Part shown: piece by piece, positions 8,139-17,559 of the stretch
How the letters are laid out: every line of letters starts with the position of its first letter
Position numbering within the stretch: position 1 is the stretch's first letter
Source: Minisyncoccia bacterium
GTDB taxonomy: Bacteria > Patescibacteriota > Minisyncoccia > Phycocordibacterales > UBA918
Reading direction: 5' to 3'
Assembly (NCBI GenBank): GCA_041738755.1
Contig: JBGSPE010000011.1
Span: forward strand, 70,658 to 134,657
Length of the DNA stretch: 64,000 nt
The notes under the pieces: generated by a model
Database searches by the model: none
Told to the model about the DNA's origin: nothing
The model's input: the letters and a program-made list of their open reading frames with translations, nothing else
Position numbers and translations under genes: made by a program

Positions 8139-10232
8139 ATGAACACTGAATTTGACGTCGTTGTAATTGGAGCTGGCTCAGCCGGACTGACAGCAGCCGT
8201 TGGTTTTAAAAAAGTTGGTAAACGAGTCTTACTGATTGAACGAGAACATATTGGTGGTGAGTGTACAAACACTGGCTGCGTACCGAGCAAAGCCCTCCTT
8301 CATCACGCCAAAGCGTACTATCACGCTACACAAATTTCTGGCAAAAATACCCAGACCTCTGAATACCGAGAACGTGCCTTTCCCTATGTGCGAGGAAAGA
8401 TTGCTGAAATCTTAGAGGAAGAAACGCCCGAAGTATTTGAGAAGCTTGGTATCACAGTCGTGATGGGCGAAGCAACCTTTACAGCCCCGTGTCAGGTCGC
8501 TGTTAGTGGAGTTACCTACTCATTCAAGCGAGCCATAATTGCCACTGGTTCAAGTCCTCGCCTCATTGATATTCCTGGACTTGACCCAACGACAGTCCTC
8601 ACCAATCAAAACGTTTTCGGGCTTGATACTATTCCTGCTCGTACACTGATTATTGGAGCGGGCCCAATTGGACTCGAAATGGGACAAGCATTTGCCATGC
8701 TCGGAAGCACGGTCACGATTGCTTCAATCGATACTGAATTTGCAAAACTTGAAGACCCGGCAATTCGGCCGTTACTCCAACAAAAGTTTACCTCGCTTGG
8801 GATTACCCTCGAACTAAATGCTGTGATTCAAAAAATCGAACACGGTGAAGCTGTCTTAGCCCGCACCGTAAGCGAGGCCACTGAAACCTTCAGTGTTCCG
8901 TTTGATAAGATTTTGATTGCGATTGGAAGAGTGCCGAATCTGCCACCTGGACTTGAAGCAGCACACATCAAAGCCAGTGAGTACGGCATTACGGTTGATA
9001 GCCAATACAAAACGAGCAACAAATATGTCTATGCTATCGGTGATGTCTCACAACGAGCCAAGTTCACCCATACAGCGGATGATACCGCAAGACAAGTGGT
9101 CACCCGGGTTGTCTCTCGAGGTTTACTGCGAGTGAATAACCGAAAGGCAATACCGAAAGTAACCTACACCCAGCCAGAAATAGCGCAGGTGGGGCTTTCA
9201 TGGAATGACGCAATTGCAAAGTACGGTGAGCGGCAACTAATGCGTATTGAAATCCCATTTACAAAAAATGACAGAGCAAAGACTGAAGACGATACCACCG
9301 GTTTGCTAGTTGTGATTGCAAAGCGGCTCAATGGTGTAGTACTCGGAGCACATATCATTGGACCCGCGGCGGGAGAAATACTTACTGTGTTTACCCTCGC
9401 TATCGACCAAAAAATCTCCCTCTGGAAACTTCGTTCACTTATCTACGCATATCCGACTTATAGTCTCATCATCAAGAAAGCAGGTGATGAATTTTTTGGC
9501 CGACAATTGACTGAACTGAAATCCGACTTGAAAAACCTTTTCCGCCGCCAAGCGCCTAAACTCGTTGCCTTATTATTTTGGCTCACACTTATTATTTCGT
9601 TTCAAACGTATCGGATTGAAAATGGTCTGTCGTACTCAGACTTATTACTGAATCTTATTTCATTCTTCACAAGCACCATGTGGGGGCCAGTCATCTACAT
9701 TGGGCTTTACGCTATTCGTCCACTGGTACTATTTCCGGCCACCTTACTCACCGCCCTCTCTGGAACGTTGTTTGGATTTTGGTGGGGAGTACTCTATACC
9801 ATCGTCGGTGAAAACGCCTCAGCCAACTTCGCCTACTGGATTGGGCGCTTCTTTGGTAAAGACATCAAGCTTGAGGACTCAATTATTGGGAATTGGGTAG
9901 AAGCACTGCGCGCTCGTCCCTTTGAAGCCGTTCTCTTTATGCGTCTCTTCTATATGCCATTTGACCTTACAAACTACGGAGCTGGGATTCTTAAAATAAA
10001 TTGGTCATCATACTTTATGGCTACCTTAATTGGAATCCTCCCTGGTTTGACCACGTTTGTCGCGCTCGGAGCAGCTCTCAACCTCGCTGAGTTCAGTGAA
10101 AATGGACTTAGTTTTGATGCGTTTGACCCGCGCTTCATTGCCCTCTCAGTAGCTATCTTTGTAGTCTCAATCATCCTCTCCAAATACCTTAAACGTTGGC
10201 ACGCAGCAAAAACGAAAGTGGTGGTGAAATAA
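8139..10232 (+). CDS. Pyridine nucleotide-disulfide oxidoreductase (Lpd/MerA-like) fused to a C-terminal VTT/DedA (TVP38) membrane domain
   Basis: GAGSAG, GGECTNTGCVPSK, GAGPIG and YAYPT; C-terminal LRPLVLFP...GTLFG...MRLFYMPFDLTNYGAG. Confidence 0.9.
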   Translation: MNTEFDVVVIGAGSAGLTAAVGFKKVGKRVLLIEREHIGGECTNTGCVPSKALLHHAKAYYHATQISGKNTQTSEYRERAFPYVRGKIAEILEEETPEVFEKLGITVVMGEATFTAPCQVAVSGVTYSFKRAIIATGSSPRLIDIPGLDPTTVLTNQNVFGLDTIPARTLIIGAGPIGLEMGQAFAMLGSTVTIASIDTEFAKLEDPAIRPLLQQKFTSLGITLELNAVIQKIEHGEAVLARTVSEATETFSVPFDKILIAIGRVPNLPPGLEAAHIKASEYGITVDSQYKTSNKYVYAIGDVSQRAKFTHTADDTARQVVTRVVSRGLLRVNNRKAIPKVTYTQPEIAQVGLSWNDAIAKYGERQLMRIEIPFTKNDRAKTEDDTTGLLVVIAKRLNGVVLGAHIIGPAAGEILTVFTLAIDQKISLWKLRSLIYAYPTYSLIIKKAGDEFFGRQLTELKSDLKNLFRRQAPKLVALLFWLTLIISFQTYRIENGLSYSDLLLNLISFFTSTMWGPVIYIGLYAIRPLVLFPATLLTALSGTLFGFWWGVLYTIVGENASANFAYWIGRFFGKDIKLEDSIIGNWVEALRARPFEAVLFMRLFYMPFDLTNYGAGILKINWSSYFMATLIGILPGLTTFVALGAALNLAEFSENGLSFDAFDPRFIALSVAIFVVSIILSKYLKRWHAAKTKVVVK

Positions 10233-10303
10233 AGCGGAGGTTTTAATGTACACTCACATACGTCATTCTTGACGAGCTTTGCTTCGTCACTTACTGTGGT
10301 TGT

Positions 10304-10546
10304 ATGAAGCAGCTTACGGCTACAGATATAGAGCATATTATTCTCATGGCCTGGGGGGATACAATTCCCTTTGAGGTGATTCGTCGTGAATACGACCTCA
10401 CTGAAAACCAAGTGCGTGCTCTGATGCGAAAGCACCAATCCGAAAAGACGTACATTCGGTGGCGGAAGCGGGTTGAGACAAGAAGTGGCGCTAGCAGTAA
10501 GCACGAACAATTAAGCCAAAAGACGTCGACCCGGCAAAAGTTTTAA
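10304..10546 (+). CDS. TIGR03643/DUF2805-like small protein
   Basis: IILMAWGDTIPFEVI...YIRWRKRV signature. Confidence 0.8.
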   Translation: MKQLTATDIEHIILMAWGDTIPFEVIRREYDLTENQVRALMRKHQSEKTYIRWRKRVETRSGASSKHEQLSQKTSTRQKF

Positions 10547-10547
10547 T

Positions 10548-11027
10548 CTACCGAATGATTTTTTTATCCTTAAGGTAATCTGTCGTTAAAAGCGGTACTT
10601 CATTGAGATTTTGACTACCAGTTACCGACGCCACTCCCAATACATGGTCGCCCCCCACTTCTATAAAGTCGGTGAAGGTGAGGTGCATAATACCGGCACA
10701 GTCTTCGAGGTATGCCAGCTCTTCGTGAGAAGCAAGCGGGTGTTTTTTTTGAACTGATGTGAGCTTATTGATACCATGACCAGATTGCTTTCCGCAGACC
10801 TTAATAATATCGATATGATTCTCTGTTAGGAGCTGAAGGATGGCTTGAGGATTTTGTTTTAAATTCTCTAGTGTCTTGGTGTGATGATAAATCGCAATCA
10901 TCATGAGTTTTGGTTGCATCGAAATACTCGACACATAGGTACAAATATTAAAATTGCCCTTCCCTGTTTCATCTTGAGTACTTAAGCTCCAGACCGCAAA
11001 GTCTGGTCGATTCCAAATTCTTCTCAT
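10548..11027 (-). CDS. Flavin reductase-like protein
   Basis: SMQPKLMMIAI, GKQSG and GDHVL motifs. Confidence 0.8.
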   Translation of the reverse strand: MRRIWNRPDFAVWSLSTQDETGKGNFNICTYVSSISMQPKLMMIAIYHHTKTLENLKQNPQAILQLLTENHIDIIKVCGKQSGHGINKLTSVQKKHPLASHEELAYLEDCAGIMHLTFTDFIEVGGDHVLGVASVTGSQNLNEVPLLTTDYLKDKKIIR

Positions 11028-11100
11028 CTGGTAATTGTACGGGAATTAAAAGAAAGAGAAAGACCGGACAACTTTCGTCGCCCGGTCTTAACGTGTAAAC

Positions 11101-11658
11101 CTAGCCGGCAGCCCGACCATAGGCATCGTAGCCAGCGTTTGGAACACAAGCGGGTAATGGTCCTCGACCATAGTTGCCAAAGAGCGTAACGCCATTTCGC
11201 GAGACGCGAGCACGGAAACATTCGGGGTCCAGATTGGCATGGGCCTTGCGAATGATAACGATTGGCCGGAAACCAACAACTCCCTTAGCATCGGTGACGC
11301 ACAGGAACTTGCAAGGCTTCTTATCTGGCGGATCAGGCACATCCTGATACCGAACGATTTCAACACCGACCAGGAACTTGCCCGTGTCATACCAGCCCAT
11401 GAAATCACGAACTGCAACCTCTCGCTGCATGACACTGGTGCAGCCGCCTCTGTTCTGCCAGGTCAATCGGTCATTGTTGTAGACCTGCATTTCGTTGTTC
11501 ACGCCGTTCAGCACCTGAACCATACCGTTAACGTTCAGGCAGTTAATCCGAACATTCTGCCAGCCAACGATTTCATACGTTCCCTGAGCTTGGACGGGTA
11601 CAGCACTCATCGAGAGACTGGCAAAAACTGCCAGACACCAAAAATATAATCTACGCAT
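11101..11658 (-). CDS. Hypothetical secreted Cys-containing protein
   Basis: Signal peptide (…VPVQA) and AGGAG SD 7 nt before ATG 11658. Confidence 0.6.
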   Translation of the reverse strand: MRRLYFWCLAVFASLSMSAVPVQAQGTYEIVGWQNVRINCLNVNGMVQVLNGVNNEMQVYNNDRLTWQNRGGCTSVMQREVAVRDFMGWYDTGKFLVGVEIVRYQDVPDPPDKKPCKFLCVTDAKGVVGFRPIVIIRKAHANLDPECFRARVSRNGVTLFGNYGRGPLPACVPNAGYDAYGRAAG

Positions 11659-11708
11659 GTCTACACTCCTGTTCAAAGATTGTAGAGGAACTCCCTCTAA
11701 TTTGAATA

Positions 11709-12170
11709 TTACATATTATTTTGTGAGGTCAAGTCCTTTTTTAGAAAATCTTTGACTTCAGCTAAAATTTTCCTGGTATTTTGATGGGTTAAAAGTTCAT
11801 TCGCGGTTGTAAAATCACACCATTGTACGTCGACTACTTCATGCGGTTGCGTGATTAAAGTTTTTGTGTCGTTAACATATCCGAGAAAAAATTCTACTCG
11901 CTTATGTATTTTGAGGTCTTCATGCACAAACACATATTCAGTCGAAAAAAGTATGTCGGGCAGTAACCTGATGTCAGCGATGCCTGTCTCCTCTTTAAGT
12001 TCACGTAAGGCGGTTGTTTCTTTACTCTCACCGACCTCAGGGTGACCTTTCGGGAAGGTCCAAAATTGTTCACCACGATGTGAGCGTTGATGTACCAAGA
12101 GAACCATAGTGTCACTTTCAGTTTTACATAATGGAATTACTCCATATGAAAAATCGTTTTTTGTTTCCAT
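11709..12170 (-). CDS. NUDIX hydrolase (Ap4A hydrolase-like)
   Basis: WTFPKGH...GE...TALRELKEETG Nudix box. Confidence 0.9.
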   Translation of the reverse strand: METKNDFSYGVIPLCKTESDTMVLLVHQRSHRGEQFWTFPKGHPEVGESKETTALRELKEETGIADIRLLPDILFSTEYVFVHEDLKIHKRVEFFLGYVNDTKTLITQPHEVVDVQWCDFTTANELLTHQNTRKILAEVKDFLKKDLTSQNNM

Positions 12171-12267
12171 AGTATAAGTATACAAGACACAAAAAAGAAA
12201 GGTGTTGGTGAAACGCACGGTGCTACCTGGCGCAGGTTACTACGTGTTTGTATGAACATAAATTTTT

Positions 12268-12464
12268 GTGGTCACGAATCACTACGTATATTTGTTCACT
12301 CCGTTCCAAATCTACTAAGTGTTCTCGACCCCGCCTCGGCTGTTTCTTGCTTTAAGAACTAAGCAAGAAACATGTCTGCGGCCGGCACCAAGGCACATAG
12401 GTAAAACTGTTTACCTATTAAAAAACGAGCAGACTTAAGTCTGCTCGTTTTTTACCTTGGTGCC
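12268..12464 (-). ncRNA. tRNA-3'-associated structured element, copy A (after tRNA-Leu)
   Basis: Hairpins, 10-nt antisense to the tRNA 3' end (12384-12393 vs 12455-12464) and core GAGGCGGGGTCGAGA...TTCGTGACCAC shared with copies B and C. Confidence 0.7.
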
Positions 12465-12542
12465 CAGGACTGGACTTGAACCAGCATGCCGTGAAGCGCT
12501 ACCACCTCAAGGTAGTGGGTCTACCAATTTCCCCACCTGGGC
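12458..12542 (-). tRNA. tRNA-Leu(GAG)
   Basis: GCCCAGG/CCTGGGC acceptor stem, CTACC-TTGAGGT-GGTAG anticodon arm, long variable arm, GTTCAAGTC and encoded CCA. Confidence 0.96.
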
Positions 12543-12604
12543 ACTACTTCCTTTTGAAGTCGGTGCATTATGCCTGAAGTGAGCACTTATTTCAACCTCC
12601 TCCA

Positions 12605-13456
12605 CTAATTTTGCCAAGCTTTTGGTATCCCAATACATGATACGGCCTGCTCATGGATTTCTGGTCTCGAGACAAACAGAGTTGGCTTCTTAGAAAAATC
12701 CTTCCCGTATAACTCTCTGATATCGCCTTCGTGTTTTATCCATGTATCATCTTGAAGCACACTCACCGTTCCGCCACTTGCCTGAACAAGATATACCCCC
12801 GCAGCTGAATCCCAGGCATTCATCTCAAGCTGTAGCATTCCATCAAGTCTCCCTGCAGCAACATACGCATGTTCAAGGAGTGATGAATGATAGTGGCCCG
12901 ATTTCCCAAACTCTTGGTACAACCCTTTTTGAATATTTTGCCGAGCCATTTTTATCCAAGGTGCACTACTATTTGACCCCGTGACCGTCACAAAGCTTCG
13001 TCCTCCGACCAGATTCCCCAGAGGGAGACACACCTGACCATTTTCATATACTGGACCACCCTCAAAAGAAGAAAACAATTGTCTGCTAGCTGGATTATAA
13101 ATTATTGAAAAGGTACCTTCTGTTTGTAATCCCAAACGTACAATCGTGATAGCGAAAAACGGTACCTTCCGAACAAAATTATCAGTGCCGTCAATCGGAT
13201 CAATCACCCAGACAAAGTCAGATGTCCCGGGCACAAAACCTTCCTCCTCACCATAGATGGCATCTTCTGAAAAATGTTCGCGGATAAATACTTTTAGCTT
13301 CTTTTCAATGGTTGTATCGACTTCAGTTACCACTGACCCATCATACTTCTGCGTATTCCCGGTATGAGTACCATAAAAGGCCTCTCTTGCCAGACCTCCC
13401 AACTCCCCTTCAATCAGAGTCTGTAACGCCTCGAATATGTGTTTTGTACTATTCAT
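12605..13456 (-). CDS. Inositol monophosphatase family protein
   Basis: GEE, WVIDPIDGTDNF and WDSAAG motifs. Confidence 0.9.
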   Translation of the reverse strand: MNSTKHIFEALQTLIEGELGGLAREAFYGTHTGNTQKYDGSVVTEVDTTIEKKLKVFIREHFSEDAIYGEEEGFVPGTSDFVWVIDPIDGTDNFVRKVPFFAITIVRLGLQTEGTFSIIYNPASRQLFSSFEGGPVYENGQVCLPLGNLVGGRSFVTVTGSNSSAPWIKMARQNIQKGLYQEFGKSGHYHSSLLEHAYVAAGRLDGMLQLEMNAWDSAAGVYLVQASGGTVSVLQDDTWIKHEGDIRELYGKDFSKKPTLFVSRPEIHEQAVSCIGIPKAWQN

Positions 13457-13478
13457 CGCATTATAGTGGCACGCCAAT

Positions 13479-13517
13479 TAACAAAAGGCCACCCATTGCA
13501 TGGGTGGCCTTTTGTTA
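13479..13517 (-). terminator. Terminator downstream of rplS
   Basis: taacaaaaggccaccca-ttgca-tgggtggccttttgtta inverted repeat. Confidence 0.8.
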
Positions 13518-13534
13518 TAGGAGGTTAGTTTTAT

Positions 13535-14125
13535 CTATGCCTTAGATTCTTCTGCAGCAGCTTCTGTGTCAGCTGGAGTTTCAGCGACTTCCATTTCTGG
13601 AGTAGCTTCTGTTACTTCAGACACAACTTCTGCTTCTACTGGAGTTTCTACGATTTCTGCATCTCGGGCAGCCTGAGCTTCGGCTTCAGCGGCAGCGACT
13701 ACTTTTGCTTCCTCTGCTTCTCGGGCAGCTGCTTCAGCACCTGACTCGGTCGACATTGAGACAAGACTCATACGTCGCATTTGTCGCTTCACTTCTCGAG
13801 CTACCTTCTCTCGGATGTAGTAGAGCTTGGCTCGACGAACCTTGGCTCGCTTCACAATCTCAAGCTTATCAATCAGTGGTGAGTATAGTGGGTAGATTTT
13901 TTCAATTCCAATACCACCTGAAACCTTTCGGACCGTAAAGGTTGCTCCTGGCTCATCCCCGTGCTTTCGAGCGAGTACCAATCCTTCAAAAATCTGAATT
14001 CGAGTCTTACCCTTGTCCTGAATCTTTTGGTGAACACGAACAGTATCACCGGCTCGGAGACCTAGAGACTTTCGTTCTTCCATGTTTACTGGGGATACAT
14101 TCACCCCTGCCATTGCTGCTTTCAT
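13535..14125 (-). CDS. rplS: 50S ribosomal protein L19 with Ala/Glu-rich C-terminal extension
   Basis: GDTVRVH...RIQIFEGLV...FTVRKVSGGIGIEK...VRRAKLYYIR. Confidence 0.97.
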   Translation of the reverse strand: MKAAMAGVNVSPVNMEERKSLGLRAGDTVRVHQKIQDKGKTRIQIFEGLVLARKHGDEPGATFTVRKVSGGIGIEKIYPLYSPLIDKLEIVKRAKVRRAKLYYIREKVAREVKRQMRRMSLVSMSTESGAEAAAREAEEAKVVAAAEAEAQAARDAEIVETPVEAEVVSEVTEATPEMEVAETPADTEAAAEESKA

Positions 14126-14260
14126 AATAAATCGTTGTTTTAGCTACTTTAAGTGTGCCACAATCTACCACAAAGCCTTTGAAACCGCAATATCAAACCT
14201 AATTTGCCAAATCAACCGATTATGTTACGTTTTGGGTTGTCCACAACGGAGTTCATTGTC

Positions 14261-15340
14261 ATGCAAAATATCCCAAAAATAGTCATTACTGGTGGACCAT
14301 GTAGTGGTAAAACCACGGCCCTTGCAGCGATTGTGCAGTTTTGCCAAGACCACGGATTTTTTCCCGTCATCATTCCTGAAGTAGCTACCGATTTAATAAA
14401 ATCAGGCTTCGACCGTACGGTAATATCATTTCAAGATTTTGTTACCAAAAAACTTATGTTTGAAGAGCAGATGAGACTGGAGGCGATGAACTGTGGTCAC
14501 CTTCCGCAAAACTCTGTATTTATCTATGATCGTGGCCTGTGCGACAGTGAAGCGTACGTTGGCAGATCAGCATTTTTAGAAGTCCTTGAAAGACAGGGGC
14601 TGACACTTGTAGAAGCACGTGATTTATATAGCGGTATTATCTTTCTTGATAGTGCTGCGTGCGGTGCTGAAGCGTTTTACACGACAACCAACAACTCAGC
14701 TCGAAATGAAGGGCTTGCATTAGCTCAAGAACTCAATGAACGAACAAAAGACGCTTGGATGGGTTCGCCGCACTTCAAACACATTCCTAATCGCCCGGGG
14801 GTTAGCTTTGATGGAAAAATCAATGAGTGTTTGAAGGTACTCTCTCGAATTCTTGGTGTCCCAGAGCCAATCGAAAATGAGCGCAAGTTTATAGTTGATG
14901 ACTTTCGTCCTGAAGCCCTACCAGCTCACACAATACCAATCGATATCATCCAAACCTACCTGGTAGGTATCGAGCATGGTGTCGAGCGCGTGCGGGCAAG
15001 AGGACAGAATGGTAATTACTTATACTTCCACACAATCAAAATACCGCATCCCGGTGGTGGCTCAGTTGAAATTGAACGAGTCATCGATAAATTCAGTTAT
15101 GATGAGCTACTTCTTCGGACAGACCGGACTCGGCGTCAGATTATAAAGACGCGACATTGCTTCCGATACGCTGATCACTACTGCGAACTCGACGTTTTTC
15201 GTGAAGGCGTTGTTCTAGTGATGCTCGAAATCGAGGTTCATGATATGACTGATCACGTAGATCTACCATTAGAACTTGGAGCATTCAGAGAAGTGACTGG
15301 GGATATTGCATTCTCAAATCATGAACTTTCACGACGTTAA
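14261..15340 (+). CDS. AAA_28/NadR-like P-loop ATPase fused to CYTH domain
   Basis: ITGGPCSGKTT and YDRG; C-terminal EPIENERKF, RVRAR and LEIE. Confidence 0.85.
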   Translation: MQNIPKIVITGGPCSGKTTALAAIVQFCQDHGFFPVIIPEVATDLIKSGFDRTVISFQDFVTKKLMFEEQMRLEAMNCGHLPQNSVFIYDRGLCDSEAYVGRSAFLEVLERQGLTLVEARDLYSGIIFLDSAACGAEAFYTTTNNSARNEGLALAQELNERTKDAWMGSPHFKHIPNRPGVSFDGKINECLKVLSRILGVPEPIENERKFIVDDFRPEALPAHTIPIDIIQTYLVGIEHGVERVRARGQNGNYLYFHTIKIPHPGGGSVEIERVIDKFSYDELLLRTDRTRRQIIKTRHCFRYADHYCELDVFREGVVLVMLEIEVHDMTDHVDLPLELGAFREVTGDIAFSNHELSRR

Positions 15341-15393
15341 AGTTCAAAAGGGGCGCACTTTGATGCGCCCCTTTACGTACCTTATAATAAAAC

Positions 15394-16143
15394 CTACTCC
15401 GCAATACGCTCAGCCGCCTCCTCAAAAACCTGGGGTACCGGGGCGATAAACCGCTCTCTCGAGCCATTTAAGAGATTAAACTCAAGAATATACGCATGCA
15501 GTGCCATTCGTTTTAACTCGAGGTTATTTGACCCCTCTAACTTATAGGCTGCATAGGCAGTATCGCCCACAATCGGGCGATCGATGGCTCGCAAGTGCAC
15601 TCGCAGTTGGTGGGTCCGACCAGTCTTTGGAATCAGTTTTAAGTATGAAAAAGGTTCTCCCTCATACTCACCAACACCAATCCGCTCCAAATCAGTGATG
15701 GCTTCACGCAAGGTACCTTTAGCACCCTTCATGGCCGAACGTAGTCGATGATCACGGGTGTTCCGGCCAATCGGTCGGTTGATAGTTCCCCAGCGGTCAT
15801 GGATTTGTCCATACACAAAGGCACGATATTCCTTGTATACACTTCGGTCTTTAAACTGCTTCTTGAGAAACTGATGTGCTGTTTGGTTTTTGGCGAGCAC
15901 CAAAATTCCTGACGTCTCTTTATCAAGTCGATGTACCACACCAGAACGGTTTAGCTCCTGGCCACGGGTCGAATACCCTGCCTCACCCACGCCACTTGCA
16001 GCTGGTACACGTTTCAAAAACCAGTCTACGATAATTGGCGAGTTATCAGCTTTCCCATCTTCATGAACCAACCACCCTTCAGGTTTGTTAATCAAAAGAA
16101 TATCTTCGTCTTCGAAGATTATTGTCGGCTCCTTAGGCTCCAT
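15394..16143 (-). CDS. RluA/RluD family pseudouridine synthase
   Basis: NKPEG, VHRLDKETSG, TGRTHQLRVH and IVGD. Confidence 0.95.
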   Translation of the reverse strand: MEPKEPTIIFEDEDILLINKPEGWLVHEDGKADNSPIIVDWFLKRVPAASGVGEAGYSTRGQELNRSGVVHRLDKETSGILVLAKNQTAHQFLKKQFKDRSVYKEYRAFVYGQIHDRWGTINRPIGRNTRDHRLRSAMKGAKGTLREAITDLERIGVGEYEGEPFSYLKLIPKTGRTHQLRVHLRAIDRPIVGDTAYAAYKLEGSNNLELKRMALHAYILEFNLLNGSRERFIAPVPQVFEEAAERIAE

Positions 16144-16822
16144 GGCGGCGTTGTCTGCTTTCATACTCACTGAGTATAGTCATAAAATCCGTTTTGGATA
16201 GGGCTGGCCAGTGCGTCGGGATAAAATGGAGTTCACTATAGACTGATTTCCAGGTAAGAAAGTTTGAAAGCCGCTGTTCACCACTCGTGCGGATAATCAT
16301 ATCTGGGTCAGGTAACTCTGCCGTCCAGAGAAGCTGTTCAAAGGAGTCCGCATCGACTGGCTTACCGAGAGTAACCGCTCTATTCACGGCTTCAATAATC
16401 TCAGCCCGCCCCCCATAAGACAGTGCCACCCACACGGTGGCGATTGCTTCAGGTGTCTGACTCTTCATTTCAGCTGCTCGAATCTTGTCCTTAAGTTCAG
16501 GACTAAGATCTTCAATGTGACCGATAACTCGTAAGCGAAATGTGGTGGTCTGTGTATCTGCGTCCGTTTCTAACCGATTTAGGCATTCAAGAAATAATCC
16601 CATCAGATGATCTACCTCATGAGCTTCACGTCTCCAGTTCTCAGTCGAGAACGCATAATAGACGAGATGTTTCACTCCTGCTTCAGCAAAAAAGTTGATT
16701 GACTCCAATAATACATCAGCTCCCTTTCTATGTCCCTCCAAAAGAGGAAAGCCTTCCGCTGCAGCATACCGACGATTGCCGTCCATGATAAACCCCAAGC
16801 ATTGTGGAATTGTTTTACTCAT
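16133..16822 (-). CDS. uppS: Undecaprenyl/polyprenyl diphosphate synthase
   Basis: IMDGNRR, YAFSTENW, SYGGR and IRTSGEQRLSNF. Confidence 0.96.
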   Translation of the reverse strand: MSKTIPQCLGFIMDGNRRYAAAEGFPLLEGHRKGADVLLESINFFAEAGVKHLVYYAFSTENWRREAHEVDHLMGLFLECLNRLETDADTQTTTFRLRVIGHIEDLSPELKDKIRAAEMKSQTPEAIATVWVALSYGGRAEIIEAVNRAVTLGKPVDADSFEQLLWTAELPDPDMIIRTSGEQRLSNFLTWKSVYSELHFIPTHWPALSKTDFMTILSEYESRQRRHGA

Positions 16823-16826
16823 ATAA

Positions 16827-17099
16827 TCAGTACAACAACGAAAACTCCTCGTAAGTGACCACGCCAGTACGCCAGTCGATAGCGACACTTTCTACTACTG
16901 ATAGTAGCGAGCCTTCATGAAGATATTCGATAAACTCCTTCAGGGTATCAGGTAAACCCTGCGCCACCACTGCAACAGTCCCATCAGATAGATTTTTCAC
17001 ATACCCAACAAGACCAAGATTGGTAGCAGCTTCTTGCACATAGGTTCGAAACATCACCCCTTGTACCTTTCCTGCTATGACTGCGTAGATTTCTACCAT
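16827..17099 (-). CDS. acyP: Acylphosphatase
   Basis: GKVQGVMFR and GYVKNLSDGTV. Confidence 0.93.
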   Translation of the reverse strand: MVEIYAVIAGKVQGVMFRTYVQEAATNLGLVGYVKNLSDGTVAVVAQGLPDTLKEFIEYLHEGSLLSVVESVAIDWRTGVVTYEEFSLLY

Positions 17100-17235
17100 T
17101 GCGGGGTAAGTATACCGTGCCGTGTGCATTATCGTAACTATAGTAAGTAATCAAGGTTACACTGCTTGCAATTCAGCATAAAACAAACTATAAACAAGTA
17201 GATGCAACAGTGCATCGAACAACGAGGAGATCTTT

Positions 17236-17385
17236 ATGTGGAGTCTATCCGATAATCCCTTCCGTTCAAGTGTCGCTCAGGCCAGCCAGAGAAATAAGAA
17301 AGGCCAAGTCAAGCGACCGCGTCGGGATTCGGACAGAGGCTCCGTACGTCCCCCCACAGCGATGCGCGCGTGTCACGCACGCTAA
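17236..17385 (+). CDS. 49-aa basic small protein (MWSLSDNPFRSSVAQASQRNKKGQVKRPRRDSDRGSVRPPTAMRACHAR)
   Basis: GAGGAG SD 6 nt before the ATG; terminator hairpin at 17396-17426; not in the ORF track. Confidence 0.5.
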   Translation: MWSLSDNPFRSSVAQASQRNKKGQVKRPRRDSDRGSVRPPTAMRACHAR

Positions 17386-17486
17386 CCCAGCTCTCAAGGC
17401 CGGTCCTCACAAAGGCCGGCCTTTCGCTCCCCTTCTCCCTTGAAATAATCTCAAAAAGCAGTACTATACACGTCAAGCAAATACAT

Positions 17487-17559
17487 GCGCGATTAGCTCA
17501 GTTGGTAGAGCAGTCCGTTTACACCGGAAAGGTCGGGAGTTCGAGTCTCTCATCGCGCA
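17487..17559 (+). tRNA. tRNA-Val(TAC)
   Basis: GCGCGAT/ATCGCGC acceptor stem, TCCG-TTTACAC-CGGA anticodon arm and GTTCGAGTC; CCA not encoded. Confidence 0.95.

Noticed and set aside
8139-10232. True mercuric reductase (merA)
   Set aside because: No C-terminal Cys-Cys pair, no NmerA domain and no mer operon
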